NCBI GenBank assembly: GCA_965221125.1 | Contig: CBDCRW010000003.1 | Span: 160,001 to 224,000, forward strand | Direction of reading: 5' to 3' | Length of the DNA: 64,000 nucleotides | DNA from: Alphaproteobacteria bacterium | Lineage (GTDB): Bacteria > Pseudomonadota > Alphaproteobacteria > UBA828 | Shown: piece after piece, positions 29,245 to 38,730 of the stretch | Numbering within the stretch: position 1 is the first letter of the stretch | How the letters are laid out: the number at the start of each line of letters is the position of its first letter | The notes under the pieces: generated by a model | What the model saw: the letters and a program-made list of their open reading frames with translations, nothing else | Databases searched by the model: none | Told to the model about the DNA's origin: nothing | Position numbers and translations under genes: made by a program

Positions 29245-30092
29245 GCCGCGTGCTGATGCGCGCGACCTTCCGCCGGCCGCCGCCGGTGGTCTCGGTCGTG
29301 CGCCTTTCCGGCGTGATCGGCCGGGCCGGCATGTTCGGAGGGCGCATCAGCATGGAGAGCGCAGGCCCCGTGCTGCAACGAGCCTTCCGCCAGCCGGGGC
29401 TCAAGGCGGTGGCGCTCGAAATCAACTCGCCGGGAGGCTCGGCCGCGCAGTCGGCGCTCATTCACAACCGCATCCGCGCGCTTGCCGCCGAGCGGGACGT
29501 GCCGGTGATGGCCTTCGTGGAGGACGTCGCCGCGTCCGGCGGCTACTGGCTGGCGGCGGCGGCGGACGAGATCTTCGTGAACGACAACTCCATCGTCGGC
29601 AGCATCGGCGTCATCTATTCCGGCTTCGGCTTCCAGGAGGCGATCGCGAAGCTCGGCGTCGAGCGCAGGCTCTTCACCGCCGGCGAGAAGAAGTCGCTGC
29701 TGGACCCCTTCCTCGCTGTGAACCCTGACGACCTCGGCCGCCTGCGCCGGGTGCAGGACGGGATCCACGACAATTTCAAGGACCTGATCCGCGAGCGGCG
29801 CGGAGCGCGCCTGGCCGACGAGCCCGATCTCTTCAGCGGCGAGTTCTGGCTGGGCAGCAAGGCGATCGGGCTCGGCCTCGCAGACGGGATCGGCGACATC
29901 CGCAGCGTGCTGCGCGAGCGCTACGGGCGGAAGGTCGTCATGCGCCGCATCGGCCGTCGGCGCGGATGGCTCGCGCGCCGCCTCGGCCCCGGCCTCGCCT
30001 TCGGCAGCGACGGCGAGGAGGCCGGCTCGCTGGCGGGCGACCTGCTCGGCGCGATCGAGGCCCGCCTCTGGTGGTCCCGCTACGGGCTCTGA
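29238..30092 (+). CDS. S49 family peptidase (SppA/SohB-like)
   Basis: INSPGGS, DVAASGGYWLA, SIVGSIGVI, FSGEFW. Confidence 0.92.
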   Translation: MLSRVLMRATFRRPPPVVSVVRLSGVIGRAGMFGGRISMESAGPVLQRAFRQPGLKAVALEINSPGGSAAQSALIHNRIRALAAERDVPVMAFVEDVAASGGYWLAAAADEIFVNDNSIVGSIGVIYSGFGFQEAIAKLGVERRLFTAGEKKSLLDPFLAVNPDDLGRLRRVQDGIHDNFKDLIRERRGARLADEPDLFSGEFWLGSKAIGLGLADGIGDIRSVLRERYGRKVVMRRIGRRRGWLARRLGPGLAFGSDGEEAGSLAGDLLGAIEARLWWSRYGL

Positions 30093-30210
30093 ACCGGGCC
30101 GAAAATCTCTCCCCGCCGCCCCGATCGTGCTGGAGGCAGCACCGGCCTTCGACTACGATTTCGGTCAGGCTTCCCTGTGAAGTCGAAACGACGACCAAGG
30201 GGGGAATTCG

Positions 30211-30663
30211 ATGATATCGATGAAGATCAACGGGATCAGCCGGCAGTTCCACGGCGATCCCGACATGCCGCTTCTCTGGTATGTCCGAGACGAGCTCGGG
30301 CTGACAGGAACGAAGTTCGGCTGCGGCGCGGCGCTCTGCGGCGCCTGCACGATTCACCTGGACGGCGAGGCCGTCCGCTCCTGCGTCACCCCGGTCTCGG
30401 AGGCCAACGGCAAGGACGTGACCACCATCGAGGGTCTCGACGCCGAGGGCAACCACCCCGTGCAGCGGGCGTGGCGCGCGAACAACGTGCCGCAGTGCGG
30501 CTACTGCCAGTCCGGCCAGATCATGTCGGCGGCGGCGCTGCTCCACGAGAACCCTGATCCCAGCGACGAAGAGATCGTCGACGGCATGTCCGGCAACATC
30601 TGTCGCTGCGGCACCTACCAGCGGATCTTCTCTGCGGTCCGCACAGCGGCGCAGGAGGTCTGA
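30211..30663 (+). CDS. (2Fe-2S) small subunit of an isoquinoline-oxidoreductase-like molybdoenzyme (IorA-like)
   Basis: [33 protein letters not shown]. Confidence 0.93.
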   Translation: MISMKINGISRQFHGDPDMPLLWYVRDELGLTGTKFGCGAALCGACTIHLDGEAVRSCVTPVSEANGKDVTTIEGLDAEGNHPVQRAWRANNVPQCGYCQSGQIMSAAALLHENPDPSDEEIVDGMSGNICRCGTYQRIFSAVRTAAQEV

Positions 30664-30665
30664 TC

Positions 30666-32960
30666 ATGCTAGGCGTGCAGAACATCAGCCGGCGCACCTT
30701 CCTGAAGTCCGCCGGCGTCACGGGCGCTTTGGTGCTCGGCGCCAACGTCACCACCGGCTCCATGATCGGGACGGCGCGCGGCCAGAGCAACGGCAGCTCG
30801 GTCAAGCCCAACCTCTTCGTCGAGATTGCCGACGACGGGACGGTCACCATCACCTGCAGCCGCTCAGAGATGGGGCAAGGCGTGCGCACGGGCATCCCCA
30901 TGATCCTGGCCGACGAGATGGAGGCCGACTGGCAGCGGGTCAAGATCTGGCAGGCGCCGGGCGACGAGACCAAGTACGACCCGGCCGGCAAGGACCAGCA
31001 GAACACCGACGGCTCGCGCAGCACCCGCCACCACTTCGACGTGATGCGGGAACTGGGCGCCGCCGGCCGCTACGTGCTGGAGCAGGCGGCGGCCAAGAAG
31101 TGGGGCGTCGACGCAAGCGAGGTCTACGCCAAGGATCACCGCCTCTACCACACCGGCACAGGCCAGTGGTTCGACTTCGGCGAAGTGGTGGATGCCGCCG
31201 CCGACATCGCGGTGCCCACCGGCGACGCCGCGCCCAAGCTCAAGGACCAGTCGCAGTGGAAGTACATCGGCCGCGACATGCCGGTGGTCGACAACTACGA
31301 CATGAGCACGGGCGGGGCCACCTACGGCGCCGACATCAGCGTGCCCGGCATGAAGATCGCCGTCGTGGCGCGGCCGCCGGTCTACCGCGGCAAGGCGAAG
31401 TCCTTCGACGCCACCGAGGCGCTCAAGGTGCAGGGCGTCGAGCAGGTCATCGAGATTCCGCCGCTGGCGGACGACAAGCCGGCCGAGTTCCGCGCGCTGG
31501 GCGGCATCGCGGTGATCGGCACCAACACCTGGTCGGTGATGGAGGGCCGAGACAGGCTCGTCATCGAGTGGGAAGGCGGCCCCAACGTCAAGCACGACTC
31601 GAGCACGTACAACGACGCGCTCATGGCCGCGGCGAAGACCGGCGGGCACGTCATCCGCGATCGCGGCAACGTTGACGAAGCCTTCGCCGCAGCGGCGCAG
31701 GTGAAGGAGGCCGACTACTTCGTGCCCTACTTCATCCACACGCCGATGGAGCCGCCGGTGGCGCTGGCCGACGCCACGCAGATGCCGGTGAAGGTCGTGA
31801 CCTCGACCCAGGCGCCCAACTGGGTCCGCCAGTACGTGGCGGACGCACTCGGCATCGAGCAGACCGACGTCGAGTGCGAGGTGACGTTGCTGGGCGGCGG
31901 CTTCGGCCGCAAGTCGAAGCCCGACTTCGCCTGCGAGGCGGCGATCCTCTCGGCCAACATCGGCGCCCCGGTGCGGGTGCAGTGGACCCGCGAGGACGAG
32001 ATCCGGCACGGCTTCTACCACGCGGCATCCGCCCACACGCTGAAGGCGGGGCTCGACGACGCGGGCAACGTCACGGCGTGGCATCACTCGGGCGCGTGGC
32101 CGACGCTGATCGCGCTCTGGGCGCCGGCGATGCGGACGGGCCATCCGCTCGAATACGGGCTCGGTCTCATCGACACGCCCTACAACCAGGTGCCGAACCT
32201 CCGCATCGAGAACGGCGAGGCCGACGCCATGATTCGGGTCGGCTGGTACCGCTCGGTCAACAACATCCAGCACGCCTTCGCGATGAACTGCTTCGCAAAC
32301 GAGCTGGCGGAGGCCGCCGGGCGCGATCCGGTCGAGTTCCTGATGGAGCTGATCGGCGATGCGGACGTCATGGACCTCACGGCGGACGGCGTGGAAGGCC
32401 ATTGGAACTACGGCGATGCGATCGAGGACTGGCCGATCATGCCGAAGCGGCTCTCCAACGTGCTCCGCGTGGTGGCCGAGAAGTCGGGCTACGGCAAGGC
32501 GATGCCGCCCGGCCACGGCTTAGGCATCGCGTGTCACCGCAGCTTCCACAGCTACGTGGGCACGGCCGTGCACGTCGTGGTGCGGGACGACGGCTCGCTC
32601 CACATCCCGCAGGTTGACATGGCCATCGACTGCGGCCGCTACGTCAATCCCGAAGGGGTGAAGAAGCAGATGGAGGGCGCCGCCATCTACGGCCACTCGG
32701 TCGCGATGCACGGGCAGATCACCACCACGCAGGGGGCGGTCGACCAGAGCAACTTCCATGACTACACGATCACCCGCATGGAGGATGCGCCGCTCGACGT
32801 GCGCACGCACATCGTCGAGGACTTCACGCACCTGAAGCCCTGCGGCGTGGGCGAGCCCGGCGTGCCGCCCTACACGCCGGCGCTGGTCAACGCGATCTAC
32901 CAGGCGACCGGCAAGCGCATCCGCCGGCTGCCGATCGGCGACCAGCTCGCATCCGCATAA
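30666..32960 (+). CDS. Molybdopterin-binding large subunit (IorB/aldehyde oxidoreductase-like) with Tat signal
   Basis: SRRTFLK twin-arginine leader, RSEMGQG, TDGSRS, GGGFGRK, WYRSV, GVGEPGVPP. Confidence 0.92.
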   Translation: MLGVQNISRRTFLKSAGVTGALVLGANVTTGSMIGTARGQSNGSSVKPNLFVEIADDGTVTITCSRSEMGQGVRTGIPMILADEMEADWQRVKIWQAPGDETKYDPAGKDQQNTDGSRSTRHHFDVMRELGAAGRYVLEQAAAKKWGVDASEVYAKDHRLYHTGTGQWFDFGEVVDAAADIAVPTGDAAPKLKDQSQWKYIGRDMPVVDNYDMSTGGATYGADISVPGMKIAVVARPPVYRGKAKSFDATEALKVQGVEQVIEIPPLADDKPAEFRALGGIAVIGTNTWSVMEGRDRLVIEWEGGPNVKHDSSTYNDALMAAAKTGGHVIRDRGNVDEAFAAAAQVKEADYFVPYFIHTPMEPPVALADATQMPVKVVTSTQAPNWVRQYVADALGIEQTDVECEVTLLGGGFGRKSKPDFACEAAILSANIGAPVRVQWTREDEIRHGFYHAASAHTLKAGLDDAGNVTAWHHSGAWPTLIALWAPAMRTGHPLEYGLGLIDTPYNQVPNLRIENGEADAMIRVGWYRSVNNIQHAFAMNCFANELAEAAGRDPVEFLMELIGDADVMDLTADGVEGHWNYGDAIEDWPIMPKRLSNVLRVVAEKSGYGKAMPPGHGLGIACHRSFHSYVGTAVHVVVRDDGSLHIPQVDMAIDCGRYVNPEGVKKQMEGAAIYGHSVAMHGQITTTQGAVDQSNFHDYTITRMEDAPLDVRTHIVEDFTHLKPCGVGEPGVPPYTPALVNAIYQATGKRIRRLPIGDQLASA

Positions 32961-32973
32961 CGCTGCGGACGAC

Positions 32974-33017
32974 AGGGGCGGCGGGCGCCTTCACCGGCCT
33001 CGCCGCCCCTTTTCTTT
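32974..33017 (+). terminator. Rho-independent terminator after the iorB-like gene
   Basis: AGGGGCGGCG...CGCCGCCCCT stem followed by TTTCTTT. Confidence 0.75.
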
Positions 33018-33053
33018 CGGCTCGGGCACGGCTCCTTCCAGTCCGATCCTGCC

Positions 33054-33764
33054 CTAAAACCGCGACAGCCAGTGATCGAGGAAGCGGCCGAGCCAGCGAT
33101 GCACCACCGGGTCGTAGCGGGGCGCGTCGGCGCGCTGCTGCTCGGCGGACGGCACCTCCGGCCGCAAAAAATATTTCTGGGCCTTGGGGTTGTTGAGCCA
33201 GCGCTCGTGCGTCACCGACGTCATCTCCGGGTGGAACTGAACGCCGAACGCGCGGGTGCCGACGCTGAACGCCTGATTCTCGAAGATCACGCCCCGCGCC
33301 AGCAGCTCCGCACCGGGCGGCAGGTCGAAGCCCTCGCGGTGCCAGTGAAAGGCGTGGAAGGGCGACGGGAACAGCGGGCAATCGGGGCGGGCGGGTTCGA
33401 GCCGATGATAGCCGACCTCGCAGAGATCGTCCGGGTGCGGGAAGACCCGCGCGCCGAGGACTCGGGCCATGATCTGGGCGCCGAGGCAGACGCCGAGAAC
33501 GGGCGCGTCGGCCGCGAGCTGCGCGCCGATCCATTCCGTCTCCTCGCGCAGGAACGCGTGCTCGTCGACATCGCACGCGCTCATCGCGCCGCCGAACACG
33601 ACTGCCGCGTCGTAGCCTTCGAGGCGGCTTGCGTTCATGGGCGGCAGCGCCGCGCCGCCGGCCACGTAGCAGACCTCGGTCGCACACCCCCGTGCGTGCA
33701 GCGCCTCGCGCACCCTGCCGGGATTGGCGCGCTCGGAATGGGTTACCAGGACGATGCGCTTCAC
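33054..33764 (-). CDS. Type 1 glutamine amidotransferase-like protein
   Basis: FGGAMSA, GVCLGAQIMA, HWHREGFDLP, QFHPE; GTG start at 33764 preferred over the ORF-track start. Confidence 0.88.
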   Translation of the reverse strand: MKRIVLVTHSERANPGRVREALHARGCATEVCYVAGGAALPPMNASRLEGYDAAVVFGGAMSACDVDEHAFLREETEWIGAQLAADAPVLGVCLGAQIMARVLGARVFPHPDDLCEVGYHRLEPARPDCPLFPSPFHAFHWHREGFDLPPGAELLARGVIFENQAFSVGTRAFGVQFHPEMTSVTHERWLNNPKAQKYFLRPEVPSAEQQRADAPRYDPVVHRWLGRFLDHWLSRF

Positions 33765-34025
33765 GGCGCTTGGCTGCTCCCTGCGTATTGGCGTCACGCG
33801 GCTCCCTGCCGGGCCGCTGCGGTTCTTTGCCTCATCGCAGCCCGGCGGGCAAGCGTGCGCGCGCTGCGTGCCCACGACTTCCGGCACGTACCGGCCGGGC
33901 CAGACGGCACGGCCTCGGGACTGGTAAAGACCGTTGCGGGTCACCAAGTCAGGATCATGGGAGGCGCTGCACCGTCGCGCGCAATGCGCTCACGTCCGCC
34001 ACGTGCCGGCTGGTCGTGATCGGCC

Positions 34026-34655
34026 ATGACGTCTGAGCGCGGACCCTGGAGCCGCCTCCGCCGCGAGGCCGGATGGCACCGCCTCGGCACGCCGCCGCGA
34101 TCACCGCAGCCGCCGCGAACGCCGGGCGAGGCGCGGCAGCGGTGGGCGCGCAGGCTGCGCCACGCCGCCGTATGGCTGGCCCTGGCCGCCGTGCTGGCCA
34201 TCGGCTACAGCTACCGCTTCGAGCTTACGGACGTCGTCAACCGGCTGGGCGGCGAGATCATCCCTTACGCGGCGGTGACCGGCGAAGACGGCTCCGTGCG
34301 CGTGCGCGCCCACCGCGACGGCCACTTCTACGTCGACTCGAACGTGAACGGCGAGACCATCCGCTTTCTCGTGGATACCGGCGCCACCTCGGTGGCGCTC
34401 AGCCCGGCGGACGCCCGGCGCATCGGCTTCGATCCGGCGACGCTCGAGTTCTCGCGCCGCCTTCAGACCGCCGGCGGCACGGTGCGCGGCGCGCCGGTGG
34501 TGATCCCGTCACTCGAGATCGGCGGCATCCGCCTCGCCAACGTGCGCGCCATCGTGAACGAGCAGGCGATGCGGCACTCGCTCCTCGGCATCAGCGCGCT
34601 CGACCGCCTCGGCGGCTACGAGGTCCGCGACGGCACGCTCACGCTGCGGCCCTAG
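34026..34655 (+). CDS. Membrane-anchored clan AA aspartic protease (TIGR02281-like)
   Basis: TM helix followed by DGHFYV, FLVDTGAT, TAGG, SLLGISAL. Confidence 0.9.
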   Translation: MTSERGPWSRLRREAGWHRLGTPPRSPQPPRTPGEARQRWARRLRHAAVWLALAAVLAIGYSYRFELTDVVNRLGGEIIPYAAVTGEDGSVRVRAHRDGHFYVDSNVNGETIRFLVDTGATSVALSPADARRIGFDPATLEFSRRLQTAGGTVRGAPVVIPSLEIGGIRLANVRAIVNEQAMRHSLLGISALDRLGGYEVRDGTLTLRP

Positions 34656-34762
34656 AGCGCGCCCTCTCTCGACCGGGCGCGCGTCAGGGCGCCCTCCACG
34701 GTTTGATCCTCGGTATCCAACACGGCATGTCGGCCTTCTTCAGCCCCGCCCGAACCTGCGCG

Positions 34763-35737
34763 TCACTCCCCCCAGGCGTCGGCGAGAAAGCGCAGCCAGT
34801 TCTCACCCATGACCTTGCCGATGCGGGCTTGCGACCAGCCGGCGCGCTCCATGGCGGCGGTGAGATTGGGGAGCTGCCCGATGGTCTCGACGCCCTTCGG
34901 ATTCGGCATCGGGCTGAACTTGATGAGGGAGCGGGCGTCGCCCTTGTCGTTGGTGATCCAGTCGAAGAAATCCTGGCCGTAGCCTTGCGTGAAGTCGGTG
35001 CCGAAGGCGACGTGGTCCTCTCCTGCGACCGAGATCACGTGCTCCATCGCCTCCACGTAGTCCCCCACGGTCGAATCGGCGCCGCGCTTGAGGAAGGCCG
35101 GAAACATGGTGACCCCGATCATGCCGCCCTGCTCGGCGATGAAGCGGAGCTCTCCGTCGCCCTTGTTGCGCGGATGCGGCTTCAGCGCGGAGGGGCAGCA
35201 GTGGGTGTAGGCGACCGGCCTGCTCGATTCGCGGATCGTCTCCTCCGACGTGCGGGAGCCCACGTGGCTCAGGTCGATCAGCATCCCCACCCGGTTCATC
35301 TCTGCCACCAGCTCGCGGCCCCAGTCGCTGATCCCCGAGTCGCGGCTCTCGTAGCAGCCGGAGCCCGCCAGGTTCTGCGTGTTGTAGGTGAGCTGCGCGA
35401 TGCCGACGCCGGCGTCCTTGAAGAGCTGCACCGCGCCCAGCCTGTCCTCGAAGGCGGACGTGTTCTGGAAGCCGAGGATGATCGCTGTGCGCCCGTCCTC
35501 CTTAGCCTTGCGGATGTCGGCTGCCGTGCGTGCCTTGACGATCAGGTCGTCGTGCTCGCGGAACCAGCCGTTCCAGCAGGCGATGTTGTTCATGGTCTCG
35601 GAAAAACCTTCCCACACGCAGCAGGTGCAGTTGGCGGCGGTGAGCCCGCCCTTGCGCATGTCCTGAAAAACCTCCGCCGACCAGTTGGAGACGATGAGCC
35701 CGTCGATGACGATCAGGTCCTCGTGCAGCGTGCTCAT
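34763..35737 (-). CDS. Membrane dipeptidase (peptidase M19) family protein
   Basis: VIDGL, QLTYN, DLSHVG, THCCP, HPRNK, GTDF, MGENWLR. Confidence 0.9.
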   Translation of the reverse strand: MSTLHEDLIVIDGLIVSNWSAEVFQDMRKGGLTAANCTCCVWEGFSETMNNIACWNGWFREHDDLIVKARTAADIRKAKEDGRTAIILGFQNTSAFEDRLGAVQLFKDAGVGIAQLTYNTQNLAGSGCYESRDSGISDWGRELVAEMNRVGMLIDLSHVGSRTSEETIRESSRPVAYTHCCPSALKPHPRNKGDGELRFIAEQGGMIGVTMFPAFLKRGADSTVGDYVEAMEHVISVAGEDHVAFGTDFTQGYGQDFFDWITNDKGDARSLIKFSPMPNPKGVETIGQLPNLTAAMERAGWSQARIGKVMGENWLRFLADAWGE

Positions 35738-35842
35738 GGCTTCTCCCCCTCCCGCTACGCCTTGCCCGGCCGAAGCCCGTTGTCTCGGCGGGCCGAGCGG
35801 CTAAGATACGGTGACACTCTGCGCGCGCGAAGGAGAGATGCA

Positions 35843-36304
35843 ATGCCCCTGCTCGACCTGCATCACGTGGCCATCAAGTCCAAGAACCTCGAAGAGACGG
35901 TTGAATTCTACTGTGACGTGCTCGGCATGGAGAAGGTCGAACGGCCTGACTTCCCGTTCCCCGGCGCCTGGCTCCAGATGGGCGAGACCATGTTCCACAT
36001 CTATGGCGGCGACGCGGCCAAGACCCACAACGGGAACTACAGGTACAACCAGCGCACCTCGCCGGTGGACCATATCGCGCTCCGCGCCACGGGCTTCGAC
36101 GAGATGAAGAAGACCTTCGTGAAGAACAAGTGCGAATGGCGCCAGATGAACATCCCGGACTTCAAGCTCTGGCAGCTGTTCGTCCTCGACCCGAGCGGCG
36201 TGGTCATCGAGCTCAACTTCGAGGCCGAGAAGGAGCCGAAGGGCAGCAAGGGCCCGAGCGGGCAGAAGAAGTACGAGTTCGGGCGCTTCGCGGCCGCCGC
36301 CTGA
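35843..36304 (+). CDS. VOC/glyoxalase family protein
   Basis: AAGGAG RBS; LHHVAI...FYCDVLGM...RPDFPFPGAWL...DHIAL...QLFVLDPSGVVIELNF. Confidence 0.88.
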   Translation: MPLLDLHHVAIKSKNLEETVEFYCDVLGMEKVERPDFPFPGAWLQMGETMFHIYGGDAAKTHNGNYRYNQRTSPVDHIALRATGFDEMKKTFVKNKCEWRQMNIPDFKLWQLFVLDPSGVVIELNFEAEKEPKGSKGPSGQKKYEFGRFAAAA

Positions 36305-36315
36305 GGCGGCTCCGC

Positions 36316-36747
36316 TCAGGAGCGCGGGACCCGAACGACCCCGCGCGGCAGAGTATCGTGGCGGGGCAGGTCGTCCCCGATCGCGAGCCAGGGCATGCGC
36401 TCGCGCACGAAGACGTGGCGCTCCGGTGCGATTAGCTCCGGCTTATCCAGCGTGCCGGCCATGATGTGGACCTCACCGGGGTAGACGGCCGCCTCGTAGG
36501 TAAGCGGCGTGCCGCAGGTGCCGCAGAACTTTCGCACGACCTGCGGCGAGCTTTCGTAAGAGCGGGCCGTGCCGGCCACGAAGGCGAACCCATCAGTGCC
36601 GACGCCGACGAAGGTGGAGACCGGCGCCCCGGACGAACGCCGACACTCCTCGCAATGGCAGTGGGTCACCCAGAGCATCCGGCCCTCGGCCCGGTAGCGC
36701 ACGGCGCCGCAGCGGCAGCCGCCCTCGATGGCAGGCGCGTCGTTCAT
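36316..36747 (-). CDS. GFA family protein
   Basis: GGCRCGAVRY, HCHCEECRR, FCGTCGTPL. Confidence 0.9.
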   Translation of the reverse strand: MNDAPAIEGGCRCGAVRYRAEGRMLWVTHCHCEECRRSSGAPVSTFVGVGTDGFAFVAGTARSYESSPQVVRKFCGTCGTPLTYEAAVYPGEVHIMAGTLDKPELIAPERHVFVRERMPWLAIGDDLPRHDTLPRGVVRVPRS

Positions 36748-37517
36748 TCCCTGAGCGAGCACCAGATCGGCGTGTGGTCCGAGGCCTTGGGGCCGCCACG
36801 CGGGCCCGTGTCGACCTCGCAGGCCTCCAGGCGGTCCGCCGCCTCGGGCGAGAGCAGCAAGTGGTCGATGCGCAACCCCTCGCCCCTCTGCCAGCGGCCG
36901 GCTTGGTAATCCCAGAACGTGTAGGCGCGCCGGTGCGGGTGCAGCGTGCGGAACGCCTCCACGTAGCCGCTGTGGAGCAGCGCGCGGAAGCGGGCGCGGG
37001 ACTCCGTCTGGCAGAGCGCGTCGTCGCGCCACGCCGGCGGGTCGTAGCAGTCGAGGTCGGCCGGGATGACGTTGTAGTCGCCGCCGAGCACGACCGCCTC
37101 CTCGTAGCCCAGCAGGATTTCCGCGCGCGCCGCGAGCCGGTCCATCCACGCGAGCTTGTAGGGGAACTTCTCGGTCGTGACCGGATTGCCGTTGGGCAGG
37201 TAGATCGAAGCGACCCGGACGCCGCCGGTCACGGCCTCGACGTAGCGCGCCTGCTCGTCGTCATCGTCGCCGGGGAGGCCAGTGAAGACATCCTCCAGCG
37301 GCCGTTTGCTGAGGATGGCGACGCCGTTGTAGGTCTTCTGCCCGTGGACGGCGAGGTTGTAGCCGCAGTCCTCGATCTCGAGGCGCGGGAAGGCCTCGTC
37401 CAGCGACTTGGTCTCCTGCAGCAGCACCACGTCGGGCGCGGCACTGCCCAGCCAGTCCAGCAACGCGGGCAGGCGGACCTTGATCGAGTTGACGTTCCAG
37501 GTCGCGATCTTGAGCAC
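36744..37517 (-). CDS. xthA: Exodeoxyribonuclease III
   Basis: IATWNVNS, LQETK, YNGVAILS, YLPNGNP, GDYN, RIDHLL, SDHTP. Confidence 0.95.
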   Translation of the reverse strand: MLKIATWNVNSIKVRLPALLDWLGSAAPDVVLLQETKSLDEAFPRLEIEDCGYNLAVHGQKTYNGVAILSKRPLEDVFTGLPGDDDDEQARYVEAVTGGVRVASIYLPNGNPVTTEKFPYKLAWMDRLAARAEILLGYEEAVVLGGDYNVIPADLDCYDPPAWRDDALCQTESRARFRALLHSGYVEAFRTLHPHRRAYTFWDYQAGRWQRGEGLRIDHLLLSPEAADRLEACEVDTGPRGGPKASDHTPIWCSLRE

Positions 37518-37521
37518 GGGC

Positions 37522-37896
37522 TCAGACGAGGGAGAAGGAGGTGCCGCAGCCGCAGGCGGAGACCGCATTCGGGTTCCTCACCTGAAAGGCGGCGCCGATC
37601 AGATCCTCCACGTAGTCGATCTCCGAGCCCGCCATGTAGCCGGCGGAGACCCGGTCCACCAGCGCCACGACGCCGTCCCGCTCGATGGCGATGTCGTCCG
37701 CGCGCCGCTCCGTCTCGAAGGCGAAGCCGTACTGGAAGCCGGAGCAGCCGCCGCCGGAAACGGTGACCCGGAGCATGGTGCCCGAATCGGCTTCCTCGGC
37801 GATCAGCGCCGCAATGCGCCGCGCCGCGCTGAGGGAGAGCGTGATGTCCCCCTCCCCTGCGGCCAACGGCTCCGCTGTGTCGAATGAACGCGCCAT
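37522..37896 (-). CDS. erpA: A-type Fe-S cluster insertion protein
   Basis: GGGCSGFQY, NPNA...CGCGTSF; upstream of xth as in Alphaproteobacteria. Confidence 0.9.
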   Translation of the reverse strand: MARSFDTAEPLAAGEGDITLSLSAARRIAALIAEEADSGTMLRVTVSGGGCSGFQYGFAFETERRADDIAIERDGVVALVDRVSAGYMAGSEIDYVEDLIGAAFQVRNPNAVSACGCGTSFSLV

Positions 37897-38040
37897 GGCG
37901 TCGAAGGGCCTCCCATCCAGTCCCGAGAATTAGATAGCGCCGACCGAGGGCTTGTCAATCGACGGAGCAAAATGCTCTCCCACTGTGGCCTCCGCTGCTG
38001 GCCCATGTTAGGTGCCACCGGGAGACAGCGAGAGCGAGCC

Positions 38041-38496
38041 ATGGCCTATCTCCTCGCCATCCACGTCCTGAGCGCCGTCGTCTGGGTCGGCGGAATGTTC
38101 TTCGCCCTGCTCGTTCTGCGGCCGGCGGCCGGCGCGCTCGAGCCTGCGGTGCGGCTCCCGCTCTGGCGCCGGGTGTTCGCGCGCTTCTTCCCGGCCGTGG
38201 GCGTCGCCGTGCTGGCGCTGCTCGCGACCGGCCACGCGATGATCGTGGTCGAGCTCGGCGGCTTCGGCGCAATCGATCTCTCCGTTCACCTGATGCAGGG
38301 CACCGGCCTGCTCATGGCGCTGATCTACTTGCTGCTTCTGCTGGGGCCCTATCGCGCGTTTCTCAAGGCGCTCGACGCCGGGGTCCTGCCGGCGGCCGGC
38401 CGCGCGATCGAGCGCATTCGATGGCTCATCGCCGTCAACCTGGCCATCGGCGTCGTGACCATCGTGCTCGCCACCACTGGCCACTACTGGGGCTGA
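38041..38496 (+). CDS. CopD/DUF4149-like four-TM membrane protein
   Basis: HVLSAVVWVGGMFFA..LRPAA, four hydrophobic helices. Confidence 0.75.
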   Translation: MAYLLAIHVLSAVVWVGGMFFALLVLRPAAGALEPAVRLPLWRRVFARFFPAVGVAVLALLATGHAMIVVELGGFGAIDLSVHLMQGTGLLMALIYLLLLLGPYRAFLKALDAGVLPAAGRAIERIRWLIAVNLAIGVVTIVLATTGHYWG

Positions 38497-38683
38497 CGAG
38501 CCTCGGCGGCGCGGGCAGCACAGTGTTGCCTGCATGCAAGCGCGCGCCATAATTTCTGCCGTAAATTGAAAACGAAGAAAGCCGCCCTGTTGTATTCTTG
38601 ACGCGTATCAACATTTCTTTTGGAAAACGAGGCAAGACTTCAGGTGTCAATAACAAGTCAACACAGCATTACGAACAGTTAAT

Positions 38684-38712
38684 TTGACATCTCCGCCTCT
38701 CGCGGCCGATAT
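38684..38712 (+). promoter_or_regulatory. Putative sigma70 promoter of the sbmA-like gene
   Basis: TTGACA-N17-CGATAT in an AT-rich intergenic region, followed by a GGGAGG RBS. Confidence 0.5.
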
Positions 38713-38730
38713 AAGATAAAGGGAGGGTTC

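Noticed and set aside
30211-32960. Molybdoenzyme as the missing TMAO reductase
   Set aside because: It belongs to the xanthine oxidase/IorB family, not the DMSO reductase family that includes TorA
33765-34025. Possible riboswitch upstream of the amidotransferase
   Set aside because: GC-rich hairpins are present but I could not match any riboswitch consensus
34026-34655. Retropepsin-like protease as a sign of a retroelement
   Set aside because: Ordinary membrane-anchored bacterial clan AA protease; no reverse transcriptase or integrase nearby
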